Notes: generated by a model not told the origin, from the sequence alone. Counted from the first letter of the stretch, positions 19,058 to 30,814 are shown. The stretch is 64,000 bases of DNA from Spirochaetia bacterium (GCA_963662265.2 CAXXHA010000001.1:128001-192000); one strand, 5' to 3'. Translations and numbers: made by a program.

Positions 19058-20530
19058 TTATGTTCTTAAAACAACGACTGTGTTACGCCCTTTTTCTTTT
19101 GCTTTATATAATGCCTGATCAGCACTGTTGGTGAATTGGCGGACATCAACATTTTTGCTGTGTTTCATAGATGCAACACCGATACTTAATGTGATTCTTC
19201 CATTCGGAGAAGAACTGTTTTCAATATTAGCCTGATAAACAGCCAGAACAATTTTCCCTGCTATTTTTTCAGCATCGCTTTCAGACACCTGATCGAGTAC
19301 CAGTATAAATTCCTCTCCCCCATACCTGGCAAAGACATCCTGTTTTCTTATCGTATTATTGATGAGATTTGTAACAGATATCAGTACTTCATCCCCTTTA
19401 ATATGGCCGTAAGTATCATTATAACCTTTGAAGTGATCGATATCCATCATCAGAAGACTTATTTCAGAGCAACCATCTGCAGACTTCCACAGGTTTTCCA
19501 TATACAGGTTGAAATATCTCCTGTTGAAAATACCTGTAAGGAAATCTCTTTCATTGTCTAATGTAAGAAGCTGGTTTTTCTTTTCCAGTTCCTGTTTAAT
19601 GCGGATTATCAGCTGAAGAAGCATCAGGATAATTCCCAGCATCAGCAAGTTGAATATAATGCTTTTATTATTCAGTTTGATGAAATGAATAATATCATGG
19701 TTTTCAACAGCTGCTACAGAAAGATACCATTCACCATCTTCTATTTTTCTGATGATGCCTCTGGTCTTTTTGCCGGCAGCAACATATTCCATCCGTACAA
19801 TTTGGTTTGTATTCTTAACCTCTTCAATGTAACTGAGGAATAAATCCTGCCGTGCAAAGTAGGATTCGTAATGCTGTTTTTCAAATATATTTGTACCAAC
19901 AAGGTCCTGTCTCAGTGTATGAACAATAACTGTTCCTTCAGAGTTCAGCAGGTATGTATATATATTTTTGCCGCTTATCTGATTTGCAAGCCATTTACTG
20001 ATATTATTCATGAAGACATCAGCTGATATGACACCGACAAATCTACTGTCCAGGTAAAGAGGAGAACTTATAGTTACTGTCCTGTCTCCGGTTTCCAGGT
20101 CAATATAAACATCAGAAATAATTGTATCATTTGCCTGAATAGCTTCCTTGTACCATATACGGGTCCTCGGATCATAATCATCAGGAGGTATCCACTCACC
20201 TCCGGTTATAAATTCACCGGATGCAAAACCTATATATATCTGGGAAATATCAGGATCATCATTATTTATATTGAGATACGGGTTCAATGTATTCCAGCCG
20301 GTAATTTCTTCATAACTGAAGTTATCAACAAAATCTTTTGCTGTATTCAGGATTTCCTTTTTGTTGCTGATCCATGAAGTAAAATCAGTTGTATCTTTAT
20401 GTAAGTCATTAACCAGTTTATTGTATTGGTTTTCACTGCTTTTATTACTGAGATCATGAACATTGTAAATAATAAATATTATTATTGAGATAACTAGTAA
20501 TAATATGATTAAGCTGAATTTTTTTCTCAT
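19058..20530 (-). CDS. dCache-sensor diguanylate cyclase
   Basis: TM helix, YDPRTRIWY, second TM helix, then DIDHFK...RYGGEEF. Confidence 0.92.
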   Translation of the reverse strand: MRKKFSLIILLLVISIIIFIIYNVHDLSNKSSENQYNKLVNDLHKDTTDFTSWISNKKEILNTAKDFVDNFSYEEITGWNTLNPYLNINNDDPDISQIYIGFASGEFITGGEWIPPDDYDPRTRIWYKEAIQANDTIISDVYIDLETGDRTVTISSPLYLDSRFVGVISADVFMNNISKWLANQISGKNIYTYLLNSEGTVIVHTLRQDLVGTNIFEKQHYESYFARQDLFLSYIEEVKNTNQIVRMEYVAAGKKTRGIIRKIEDGEWYLSVAAVENHDIIHFIKLNNKSIIFNLLMLGIILMLLQLIIRIKQELEKKNQLLTLDNERDFLTGIFNRRYFNLYMENLWKSADGCSEISLLMMDIDHFKGYNDTYGHIKGDEVLISVTNLINNTIRKQDVFARYGGEEFILVLDQVSESDAEKIAGKIVLAVYQANIENSSSPNGRITLSIGVASMKHSKNVDVRQFTNSADQALYKAKEKGRNTVVVLRT

Positions 20531-20769
20531 TATATATGCCTTTAATAATTATATAACAGATTATTATAAAACCCCATAAGACTATAACATGTTCAAACAT
20601 TTATTCGATAGTGATTCAGCATAATATTCAGTTAAAGAGATATAAAATGATTAATATTAATAATATACCCTGTCTTTTTCACTTGCCCATAGAGCCGGAA
20701 AATAATTTTTAATAACAATTTCAGTAATTCACTTACAGATAAACAAAATAAATACTTTATTCTGAAATT

Positions 20770-22155
20770 CTACATGCCCGGAATATTCAGAGGTTTCTTA
20801 AAAAAGAAATCTGAAACTTTTTCAGAAAAACTGTCAAGCAGACCAATATCGTCAAGCAGCTGAAGAATTGTATATCTTGTTCGGATCTCCTTTGACATTC
20901 TGATTCCGCTGCAAAGTGAATCCCTGCTGATTCCAATCTGGGCCGGAGTATGAGATGCACCGAGATCTTTCAGGATTTTTTCAATAATTCCGTTTTCGGG
21001 AATTACTATTTTTATTGTAGAAAGAATATCATCCCAGTTATTTTCTATAGCATTTACCCTTTTTATATATTCACTTTTATTGTATTTGTTTTCTTTTAAA
21101 TTCTGCTCTACTATTGCGTTTGATGCCTTTCCGAAAACGCCATGTACAGCATCAGTCCAGTTTCTGATATTTTTTCTGTTTATTTTGTCCCGTGCTTCAT
21201 TAAAATCAACATGTGCTGACAGCAGCATATCATACAGCTTCAGAATAACAACAGCTGTTACACCTACTTCAATACCATGCAGAACAGGAGTTTTATTATT
21301 CATTAATGACATCATTTCAAAATAGTGCGACAGATGATGTTCAGATCCGGAAGCCGGCCTGGAATTCCTGACAAACCCCATTGCAATACCGATCAATACA
21401 AGTCCTGCCACCAGGTTTTCTATTGATTCAATTTTTCTATTCTTGATTCCTTCGGTGTCTCCAATACACTTTTTTACCGATTCTCTTACCATTTCAATAA
21501 CACTGGGACAGTAGTATTCATTATTTATTATCCGGCCCAATTCCCAATCACACAAAGAAGTATACTTCCCAAGCATATCACCCAATCCTGCAAAAATCAT
21601 ATTCAGGGGGGCATTTTTAATGATATCGGTATCAGCAATAATTACTTTCGGAAATCCAGCCTCATAAGTAGTCTTGAGGTTGTCAATTATCAGAGCAGAT
21701 CCTACAGAAGCAAATCCATCCATCGAAGGTGCAGTAATCACTATTATATAAGGTATTTTACATCTGTTGCTTACATATTTGCAAAGATCATTGATTGTTC
21801 CGCTGCCGACAGCAATTATCAGATCCACCGAATCATCTATCTTTGCCATTACTGAGCCGATTGTAAATTCGTCAGGCACAATTGAGTTACTGCTTTTCAG
21901 TATGCATGTTTCAAGTTTTTCAATTTTTGCAGAGAGAACACTATCCACCTGTTTTCCGGCAGCTTTATAACAGTTATCATCAGTAACCATTAAAGCTTTT
22001 TTAAAACCATTTTTCTCCAAAACTCCCGGCAACAAATTAACAGCACCGCTTGATATCAGAATATCATCAATATCAATCTTATGTTCTCTGCCGCAACTGC
22101 ATTTAATACTGTTACCAAGTAATTCATTAATTTCAAGTTCACTCATTTTCTTCAT
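20770..22155 (-). CDS. egsA: sn-glycerol-1-phosphate dehydrogenase, AraM/EgsA type
   Basis: CSCGREH, AVGSGTINDLCK, TAPSMDGFAS, GLGDMLGK, SRPASGSEHHLSH and LHG motifs; likely start MKKMSE. Confidence 0.85.
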   Translation of the reverse strand: MKKMSELEINELLGNSIKCSCGREHKIDIDDILISSGAVNLLPGVLEKNGFKKALMVTDDNCYKAAGKQVDSVLSAKIEKLETCILKSSNSIVPDEFTIGSVMAKIDDSVDLIIAVGSGTINDLCKYVSNRCKIPYIIVITAPSMDGFASVGSALIIDNLKTTYEAGFPKVIIADTDIIKNAPLNMIFAGLGDMLGKYTSLCDWELGRIINNEYYCPSVIEMVRESVKKCIGDTEGIKNRKIESIENLVAGLVLIGIAMGFVRNSRPASGSEHHLSHYFEMMSLMNNKTPVLHGIEVGVTAVVILKLYDMLLSAHVDFNEARDKINRKNIRNWTDAVHGVFGKASNAIVEQNLKENKYNKSEYIKRVNAIENNWDDILSTIKIVIPENGIIEKILKDLGASHTPAQIGISRDSLCSGIRMSKEIRTRYTILQLLDDIGLLDSFSEKVSDFFFKKPLNIPGM

Positions 22156-22262
22156 TTTAGACCCTGTTCCTGTTTGTTGAGAATTTCGCAGCTGGTAATA
22201 AACAGCATTATATAAAGGGAACTGCAGACTGCTTGACACACCCTGCAATCCCCTGATTTATT

Positions 22263-23318
22263 CTATTCTTTTATTGCATTATTCCATGCTTCAACCAGAC
22301 GGCCCTTGTTTGCGCCTGACCAGCTGAAATCATAATTGATGAGTTTTGTACTTTTTAACGGGGCAGCTTCTGCCGGAGGATTGGCATCTACATTAGTCAG
22401 GAAATGATATGAACCATGTTTCTGTCCAATTTCCTGAGTTTCTTTTGTAAGTGACCAGTCAACAAATATTTTGGCAGCTTCAAATTCAGGAGCTCCCTTT
22501 ATTATTCCGACTGCACCTATTTCATACCCTGTGCCTTCTTCAGGAGCAGATATCTTGACATTTTCAAAGCCTTCCTTAATATGTCTCAAGCCGTTCTGAA
22601 GAAATGTGATACCTATTGCACATTCTCCAAGTGCTGCTGATTTTGCAGGAGCTGAACCGGATTTTGTATACTGTTTTATCTGCTTGTGCAGTTTTCCCAT
22701 ATAGCTGAGAGCCTTTTCTTCCCCTGTAAGCTGAACCATTGTTGAGAGGAAAGTATAGGCAGTTCCTGACGAACCTGGATTGGCAACAATTATATTTCCC
22801 TTGAATTCCGGTTTCAGAAGATCGTCCCATGATTTTGGAAGGTCGATGTTATTTTCATCAAAATATCTTCCGTCACAGACAAATCCCAGATATCCCTGAT
22901 AAATACCTGTCCAGTAGCCTTCAGGATCTTTAAACTGTTCAGATATTTTAGGTGAAGTTTTTGATACATATTTTTCCAGCAAGCCCTCATTAGCAGCTGC
23001 TATAAAAGAATCAGCAGGACCGCCGTACCATACACTGGCTTTCGGATTTTCTTTTTCAGCTCTAATTCTGCTCAGAATTTCTCCACCGCTCATCCTTACA
23101 AAATCAACCCGGATCCCTGTTTCTTTTTCAAATTCCTGGGCTTTGATAATTGCCTCTTCTTCGAGAACTCCCATATAAACAGTAACATGATCTGATACAG
23201 CTTTTTCAGCAGAACCTGTATCATTCTTACTGCCTGCTGAGGAACCCTTATCACTGCATCCTGCCAGCAATAACATAAACACCACACAAATTAAAACATT
23301 TCTCATAATAATCTTCAT
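22263..23318 (-). CDS. ABC substrate-binding lipoprotein, AfuA/FbpA-like
   Basis: Lipobox LAGC; WYGGPAD, PKSWDDLL, GSSGTAY and EGTGYEIG motifs. Confidence 0.88.
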   Translation of the reverse strand: MKIIMRNVLICVVFMLLLAGCSDKGSSAGSKNDTGSAEKAVSDHVTVYMGVLEEEAIIKAQEFEKETGIRVDFVRMSGGEILSRIRAEKENPKASVWYGGPADSFIAAANEGLLEKYVSKTSPKISEQFKDPEGYWTGIYQGYLGFVCDGRYFDENNIDLPKSWDDLLKPEFKGNIIVANPGSSGTAYTFLSTMVQLTGEEKALSYMGKLHKQIKQYTKSGSAPAKSAALGECAIGITFLQNGLRHIKEGFENVKISAPEEGTGYEIGAVGIIKGAPEFEAAKIFVDWSLTKETQEIGQKHGSYHFLTNVDANPPAEAAPLKSTKLINYDFSWSGANKGRLVEAWNNAIKE

Positions 23319-23489
23319 AACCTACTCCTATAATTAAAAATGACTTCTTTACTTCCTATCCTGTATTCCAGTTTTCAGGCAAAAATATTAAAGAACATGC
23401 ATCCTGGTATTAAGTGATAGCTTTTTAACAAGTAATACATATTTTTTTATCTGCTGAACGACACCTCCTTAAACCGATTCATTATTTTT

Positions 23490-24578
23490 TCAAATAATGT
23501 GAATGCATTCTTCCTGAACACTGAGCTTGACTTTTTCATCATCAAAAAATATTTCCTTTCCGACAGGATTTGCCTCTTCGATAAAAAGGGGATAACCGTT
23601 AACTGATACCGAATACTCCTGTCTGGATCCCATATAAGTTGACATTGTAACAACGCCGTCAAGCTGACCTTTTTTTCCGACTGATATTGATTCAGGTCTT
23701 ATAACCAGTTTTACTTTCTGGTCTATTTCATATTCTTTTTCTGCAGCGGCCGGAATTCTGAGAGTATTTCCAAACAAGTCGACATTTACAGTTTCACTTT
23801 CAATTTTCCTGACTGTTCCCTCAACAATATTGGCCCGCCCGATAAAATCAGCAACAAAGGATGTCTTCGGATGCTGATAAATTTCCTGGGGAGTTCCCAC
23901 CTGCTCAATCCGCCCTTTGTTCATGATGATTATCTTGTCAGACATACTCATAGCTTCAACCTGATCATGGGTAACATAGATACTAGTCAAATTCAGTCTC
24001 CGCTGAATTTTCCTTATTTCTGTTCTCATATAAGCACGCAGTTTTGCATCAAGATTTGAAAGCGGTTCATCAAAAAGCAGCACCTCGGGTTCCATTACAA
24101 GGGCACGGGCAAGAGCAACACGCTGCTGCTGACCTCCTGAAAGCTGGTTGGGACTCCTTGATTCAAGTCCGTCCAGATTCACAAGACTCAAAACTTCCTC
24201 AACTTTTGATTTAATATTTCCGTTACTGACTTTTGATTTATTCAACCTGAGACCGTAGGCAACATTGTCGAATACACTGTAATGAGGAAACAAAGCATAA
24301 CTCTGGAAAACCATTGCTGTATCCCTGTTGTTGGGCGGCACATTATTAATTTTTTTATTTCCTATATATATTTCACCGCTGGTGGGTATTTCAAATCCGG
24401 CAATCATCCGGAGCGTTGTTGTTTTTCCGCAGCCTGATGGACCAAGCAGGGTAACAAAATCCCCTGCATTAATATCAAGTGAAATATTATCAACAGCCTT
24501 GAAAAGACTTTTCCCGTCATGGGTTATATATTCTTTGGATATATTTTCAAACCTTACATTTTTTGATTTCTGTTCCAA
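23490..24578 (-). CDS. ABC ATPase, AfuC/PotA-like
   Basis: GPSGCGKT, LSGGQQQR and DEPLSNLD motifs; C-terminal TOBE-like region. Confidence 0.93.
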   Translation of the reverse strand: MEQKSKNVRFENISKEYITHDGKSLFKAVDNISLDINAGDFVTLLGPSGCGKTTTLRMIAGFEIPTSGEIYIGNKKINNVPPNNRDTAMVFQSYALFPHYSVFDNVAYGLRLNKSKVSNGNIKSKVEEVLSLVNLDGLESRSPNQLSGGQQQRVALARALVMEPEVLLFDEPLSNLDAKLRAYMRTEIRKIQRRLNLTSIYVTHDQVEAMSMSDKIIIMNKGRIEQVGTPQEIYQHPKTSFVADFIGRANIVEGTVRKIESETVNVDLFGNTLRIPAAAEKEYEIDQKVKLVIRPESISVGKKGQLDGVVTMSTYMGSRQEYSVSVNGYPLFIEEANPVGKEIFFDDEKVKLSVQEECIHII

Positions 24579-24595
24579 TTATTTCTCCTTCAAAC

Positions 24596-26314
24596 CTAAA
24601 CAAATTTAACATCTTTTTTACTGACGCCGACAAACCCGATTAACTTGTATAAAATCAAAATCATTAAATATACTATAAGAATCAGAATTGTAGAAAATGC
24701 TGATGCAACACCAAATTTTCCTGTTTCAACCTGATCAAGAATCTGCACTGTAAGAAAATTATACCTGGCAGAAATCAGAAAGATTACGCCGCTTATAGCT
24801 GTCATGCTTCTTATAAAGGAATAGACAAGTCCTCCGAAAAAAGCTGTTTTTATAAGGGGGATGGTAACAGAAGTAAATACTTTCGCGGACCCGGCTCCAA
24901 GATCTGCTGCAGCTTCTTCAATTCCCGGATCAATCTGCTGCAGAGAAGATATTCCCGCCCTTATACTCAAAGGTATACTCCTGGCAACCAGAGCAATAAC
25001 CAGAATTGCGGCTGTTCCTGTAATTGCTATAGGTTTTGAATTAAAAGCAAGAATATATCCAATTCCAATAATTGTGCCCGGAACAGCAATACAGAGCATG
25101 GATGTAAAATCAATCAGATTCCTTCCTATAAATCTTTTCCGGACAATAAGAAAAGCGATTACCATACCAAGTATACCGGTTATAGGCATTGCAATAAGGG
25201 ACAGCCAGGTAGTTTGGAGAATAGCCTTTGTTCCGACAGACAGTGCATATTTATAATGATCAAGTGTCAAACTGTAATTAATTCCCCACAGCTTCACAAA
25301 GGAGCCGAGAGGAATAAGAACATAAAGAAGAAGCACAATTCCCGACAGCAGGTAAACACCGGCAGCAATAGGATAACGTATGTGCTTTTCCTCAATCATG
25401 ACTCTTTCCCTTGCTGCCTTTCCTGTCACAGTTATATATACTTTTTTCTCAATCCAGTATTTCGAAACTATGAAAAGTATAATAGAAATATTAAGAAGTA
25501 CAGTTGCAATTGCAGCCCCGCCCTGCATGTCATAATTCCCTATAGCCTGCAGATAAACCTGGGTAGCCATGGTCGGAAAATTGCCTCCAATTGTCATTGG
25601 ATTTCCGAAATCAGCTATTGAAGAAATAAAAACAAGGATAAATGAATTGATTAGTCCCGGTGAAACAAGAGGCACTGTTACTTTTCTGAAAGTTTCCCAC
25701 CTGCTTCCCCCCAGATTCATTGATGCCTCTTCCATTGAAGGATCAATACCCCGGATCATTCCATTCAGAAGAAGATAGGAAATAGGGAAAAAGGTTAATG
25801 TCTGAACAAATATAAGCCCTTTTAAACCATATATATTAAAATTTCTTATTCCGAGCACATTATATGTAATAAGCCCCCTGCTGCCGAAAAGAAGGATTAT
25901 TGAAAGAGCCACAGCAAACGGAGGAGATATGATCGGGAGCATTGCAACAAGGTCAAAAATCTTTTTCCCCGACATTTTTATATAGACACTTGAGTATGAA
26001 AAGAGAAACCCAATCATTGTGGCAAGGATTCCTACAACACATCCAAGAAATACGGAATTCCAGATTGCCCTGATATTGTCAGAGTATTTAAAAACCCTTA
26101 GATACCCTTCCAGGGTAAAAGAACCATTTTCACTGATAACACTCTGTATTATTACTTTATACAGAGGAAGAACTATAAATAAAAAAACAGTGACAAATAC
26201 AAGCAAAATAAAAAAAACAAGAACAGGATCCCTGATTATTTTTTTCATATCTTTTATCTGATTTTTTATCTTTAAGAAATGATTCGTTGTTACACATCTT
26301 GCAGCTAAATCCAT
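24596..26314 (-). CDS. ABC permease with two fused domains, AfuB/FbpB-like
   Basis: Two EAA loops (EEASMNLGG and EEAAADLGA); DFGNP motif. Confidence 0.9.
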   Translation of the reverse strand: MDLAARCVTTNHFLKIKNQIKDMKKIIRDPVLVFFILLVFVTVFLFIVLPLYKVIIQSVISENGSFTLEGYLRVFKYSDNIRAIWNSVFLGCVVGILATMIGFLFSYSSVYIKMSGKKIFDLVAMLPIISPPFAVALSIILLFGSRGLITYNVLGIRNFNIYGLKGLIFVQTLTFFPISYLLLNGMIRGIDPSMEEASMNLGGSRWETFRKVTVPLVSPGLINSFILVFISSIADFGNPMTIGGNFPTMATQVYLQAIGNYDMQGGAAIATVLLNISIILFIVSKYWIEKKVYITVTGKAARERVMIEEKHIRYPIAAGVYLLSGIVLLLYVLIPLGSFVKLWGINYSLTLDHYKYALSVGTKAILQTTWLSLIAMPITGILGMVIAFLIVRKRFIGRNLIDFTSMLCIAVPGTIIGIGYILAFNSKPIAITGTAAILVIALVARSIPLSIRAGISSLQQIDPGIEEAAADLGAGSAKVFTSVTIPLIKTAFFGGLVYSFIRSMTAISGVIFLISARYNFLTVQILDQVETGKFGVASAFSTILILIVYLMILILYKLIGFVGVSKKDVKFV

Positions 26315-26373
26315 TCAACTCCCCTTGATCAGAAACATTTTTATCATTTAACAACATATTGACACTGTCATTA

Positions 26374-26430
26374 TTACATACTTTTACATTTTGTCAACAT
26401 TTTTTAACATTTTTTAACATTTAATAACGT
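26374..26430. promoter_or_regulatory. Phased direct repeats, putative DeoR operator
   Basis: TTACAT/CAACAT/TAACAT-like units at 26374, 26384, 26395, 26405, 26415 and 26425. Confidence 0.55.
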
Positions 26431-26522
26431 AAATAATTACATACAGCGTCAGAACAGCTGTATGTTTTTCAGTGAGTAAATATTATTTATGATAAGTTTT
26501 GATTAAAAAAACAGACTGTATA

Positions 26523-27326
26523 TTATGAAAGATCAGAAATATCAGCTATATGAACTCTTATCCCCATATTCCTGATTTTACAAACATACATTTCATCAAG
26601 ATCACTGTCTGTAACCAGATCAGTTACTTTATCTATTTCTGAAGTGAGAAAATTTGACACTTTTCCGATTTTGGAAGAATCAGCAACTACAATAACAAGC
26701 CCGGTTGTCTGTTTTATCATAAGGTTGTTAAGCATTGCTTCTGCATAGACAGGTGTTGTAAGACCATGAGTCAGGCTGAATCCGTCAACACCTATTACTG
26801 CTTTTGATCCATACACTTCCCTCACTGTTCTGAAAGCAGTTTCCCCGACAAGAGAGAAAGATTCTCTCCTCAGTTCCCCCCCTATCATAATAACCTTGAC
26901 CTTTTCTGAAAGGGTTTCAGAAGGAGCTTTGGCATTGTTTGTAATAATTTTAACCCTTTCTTTGGAAACAAACCTGAGAAACTGAAGTGTTGTGGAGCCT
27001 GAATTGACAAAAACAGTATCATCCTCATCTATCAGGGTTGCAACAAGACGCCCGATAGCTTCTTTTTTTATTTTGTTTTTCTGACTTTTCTGTGCATATA
27101 AAGGTTCAAGGCTTATATGATCAGATATCAATGCACCTCCATGTGTTCTTTCAAGTAATCCGTCTTTTTCCATAACTTCAAGATCACGTCTTATTGTCAT
27201 TTCAGTAACATTAAACTGTTTGCTTAATTCGCCGATGCTTACAATCTTCTTTTCCTGTATTATGCTGAAAATAGTATCCCGGCGTTTTGCTGGAATTAAT
27301 CCGTCTTTCTGAATCTGATTATTCAT
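26523..27326 (-). CDS. DeoR/GlpR-family regulator
   Basis: VTEMTIRRDL, RTHGGA, SGST and ADSSK motifs; likely start MNNQ after GGAGG. Confidence 0.93.
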   Translation of the reverse strand: MNNQIQKDGLIPAKRRDTIFSIIQEKKIVSIGELSKQFNVTEMTIRRDLEVMEKDGLLERTHGGALISDHISLEPLYAQKSQKNKIKKEAIGRLVATLIDEDDTVFVNSGSTTLQFLRFVSKERVKIITNNAKAPSETLSEKVKVIMIGGELRRESFSLVGETAFRTVREVYGSKAVIGVDGFSLTHGLTTPVYAEAMLNNLMIKQTTGLVIVVADSSKIGKVSNFLTSEIDKVTDLVTDSDLDEMYVCKIRNMGIRVHIADISDLS

Positions 27327-27667
27327 ATTGTATCCTCCAGGAAAAGCCTGCAATACTGATATTTAAATATAATATTTCCATGATATTACTGACAGAATAG
27401 TGGCCAAAGATAACATTGTCAATAATTTTATAACATTTTCCAACATCACAATCAGATACAGCTTTATTCACGCTTTTAGAATACAAGACAGTTCAAGACT
27501 GATAGCGACTTTATCAAACATGTACTAGCTGAAGCAGCCCCTTTTATTTTTTATGGTAACTAACAACACTCTTGTAATTTAAATAAAGAACAACTATAAT
27601 CATTATAATTACTTTGAAAATTATTTTTCTTTGTATATTTCTGGAATAAAAACTGTATAGGTCTATT

Positions 27668-29453
27668 ATGCACTCATATTTGAAGCTACTTCAACCAAAA
27701 ATACAGGATCTTTCCGAACTCGTTTCTTCAACTTTAAACATGGATATCACTGTAGTTGATTCAAATTTCCGCAGGATTGCAGGGACAGGTGATTTCTTTG
27801 AACAAATTGATACACAAAGCCCAAAAATTTCAATCTTTGGAGAAGTCCTGAAAACAGGACTCCCTGCTGTCAATAATGATAAGCATCAGAATAAAATTTG
27901 CCGCAAATGCCCAAGTTTTCCAACCTGCTTTGAAAAAAAAAATATAACCCTCCCCATTCTGATACGAGAGATACCGATCGGTGTTGTGAGTCTGGCCTGT
28001 TTCACTGAAGATCAACTTCAGAGTATTTACGGAAGAGAAAGTGAATGTCAGTCAATGCTGAGACATATGAAAAAAGTCATTGAAAACGAAATTGTTGGAC
28101 TTGAACTCCACAATAAAATCATCAGTCACAAAGCAGAACTCAACGAAGTCATTAATTGCATTGATAAGGGAATTATTGTTATTGGAGAAGATTTCGCTAT
28201 AAATCATATAAATTCCGCCGCCATTACAAATCTGGATTTAAATATGTCGAAAGAGACTATTATCAATTCAAAACTTAATAAAATTATTTCAGGTATCAAA
28301 CTTGGAATTCATGAAAACGTTGAATCTCTGGCATACTGGAATCTTAAAAATAAACAGTACAAAGTTATTTATAAAATAAACCGTATAATTCTTGAAAGTA
28401 AAAACCATTTCACAATTATAACCTTTGATACTATTAAAGAAATGATAAACAAGGTTATAGACTATAAAGATAAAAAATGTTATTACTTTTTCTTCAATAA
28501 TAGGTAAAAGCGATACTTTTAAAAGTGCAATAAAAGCAGCACAGATAGCAGCAAACTCCGATTCGAATGTTCTGCTATCCGGAGAAAGCGGAACAGGAAA
28601 AGAGCTTTTTGCCCGCTCTATTTCACAATGAAAGCTATCGCAGAAACGGGCCATTTATTGCAGTAAACTGTGCAAGTATTCCGGAATCACTTATTGAATC
28701 CGAGTTGTTCGGATATGAAAAGGGATCATTTTACAGGTGCTGATCCTCTGGGAAGAAAGGGAAAGTTTGAAGCAGCTGAAGGGGGCACGCTATTTCTTGA
28801 TGAAATCACAGAAATACCCATTAATTGGCAGGCAAAATTATTAAGAGTTCTACAGGAAAAAACAGTCAGCAGAATCGGCAGCATAAAACCAGTAAATCTG
28901 AATTGTTCGCATTATTGCTGCAAGCAATAGCAATTTACAGGAAAAAGTTATCAATAAAGAGTTCCGGCTGGATCTATTTTTTCAGATTACATATTATTCC
29001 AGTTTATCTGCCGGCCCTGAGAGAACGAGAAGATGATGTCCTGATTCTTGCAGATTACTTACTGTGAGAATAATTACAAAAAAAACTTCATAAACGGAGT
29101 AAACAACTAAGTCAGGAAGTAAAAAAATGTTTTTTACAAAAATATCACTGGCCCGGTAATATTCGTGAACTTGAAAATCTGATAGAATATGGAATAAATT
29201 TCTGCTTTTTCCGATGAGATTCAGATTCAACACCTGCCCGATTATATAACAAACAGAGACATACAGCTTCCCTGCCAGCATTTTGTGAGAGAAAAAAACA
29301 GGATATAAAATCGGTGATTACTGAAATAGAAAAAAAAGGTAATCAAACAATATCTTTGATGAATATGGAAATTCAACAGAAAGTAAGAAAAAAATTGCCA
29401 AAGAGCTTAACATCAGCCTGACAACTCTGTATAGAAAACTGGGCAAATTATAA
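27668..29453 (+). CDS. Sigma54-dependent activator (YgeV-like), with multiple frameshifts
   Basis: Fragments carry [41 protein letters not shown] and a Fis-type HTH (ISLTTLYRK). Confidence 0.8.
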
Positions 29454-29530
29454 ACCAATCTGCCTCCTGCCCCCCAGGACAAAACTGCAGACAGGTTTAT
29501 AAAATTCCAGAATGAAGAATATGTAAATAA

Positions 29531-30814
29531 TCAATAAGATGATAGTATATCAATCACATCACTATCCACATTTTTTTAATGAATTCTGACTGATTATTCC
29601 CAGATTTCGAAATGCTTTCCTCAGCATCATGACCAATAATCCCGTCAAAATTTTCAATAGAGATATTATTCTTTGCCATAAGAGCCTGATAGTAAGCCTC
29701 GCATAGCTTGCAGTTGCAACCTTGTATGAACAACTTCCCTTTGCCCCGTCACAAATCATTCCGGCCAGACTGCCTATCATGTTGTTGATTGCACACTCAA
29801 TCTCTGTTTCCTTACCCCCTAAAAGCCAGGTAATAGCTGTTGAGGCCCCAATCCCTGCCGCTACTGCACATCCGCATATCGGAGAAAGTGTACCTGTATG
29901 CTGTTTAATATATGCAGTTATAAGATGACTTATTACAAGTGCCCGTTCAAGCTCTTCATCAGATTTATCCAGTTCACGGGCAACAATGGCAACAGGCAAT
30001 ATTGCGGTAATTCCGTGATTACCGCTTCCTGCACTGCTCATAACAGGAACTTTTACTCCAGCCATTCTTGCATCACACGCAGCAGCTGTAATTGCCCGGA
30101 TTTTATTTGATATATCATTTGATAGTTTCTTCTGATGAATAAGAGAAAATAACTTATTACCAAGACCTGAACTGTATGGTGTATCTGAGCCGATATTTGC
30201 CATATTCATATTCATCTTGACACCATCAATAAGAAAAGAAAGATCTGCTGGATTTGCAGTTTCTGCAAATTCAAGAATAGATGAAATATTCAGATACTTA
30301 TATTTATCAGATATTTCTTCACTCTCATTTTCCTGAGCATTTTTCAAACACTGCCTGTTTATTTTTTTTTATGCTTACTATATTGGGTATGGCCTGATCT
30401 AATTGTACATTCACCCTGACCGGAATCAGATTCTACAAGGGCATGGATGTAAAAATCCCCCTCTTTATCTGTCGCTTTAATATCAATTATATCTGAAGCC
30501 AGTATTTTCCTTGCCTTTTCAACACAGTCTGCATCAACATTTTTAAATACTTCAAGTCCAGGCATCAGCTTCCCCGCAGACAATTGCAAGTGCACTTGCA
30601 AAAGCAATTCCTTTATCATCAGTACCGGGAATTCCAACACGCATTCCATTTTTATATATATTACAGGCTTGTCTCAATACTTATTTTAAGGATCTCTCCT
30701 TCAATCTGCTTATATGAATTAACAACAGCTATTGCAACTGCAACAGGTTCTGTACAGCCAATAGCAGGGACTCACTTGCGATTTAAGAAGATTTACCCAT
30801 TTTTCGGTTTCCAA
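29531..30814 (-). CDS. cyuA: L-cysteine desulfidase-like (serine dehydratase alpha family), frameshifted
   Basis: Fragments PAIGCTEP, DARMAG..PVMSSAGSGNHG, LSPICGC and GMICDGAK..C. Confidence 0.8.

Noticed and set aside
20770-22155. Archaeal-type ether lipid biosynthesis
   Set aside because: No GGGP synthase or PcrB gene in the window; the transporter context suggests catabolism.
22263-26314. Plain Fe3+ ABC transporter annotation
   Set aside because: The DeoR and G1PDH context and AfuA-like motifs fit a phosphorylated solute better; iron is not excluded without an assay.
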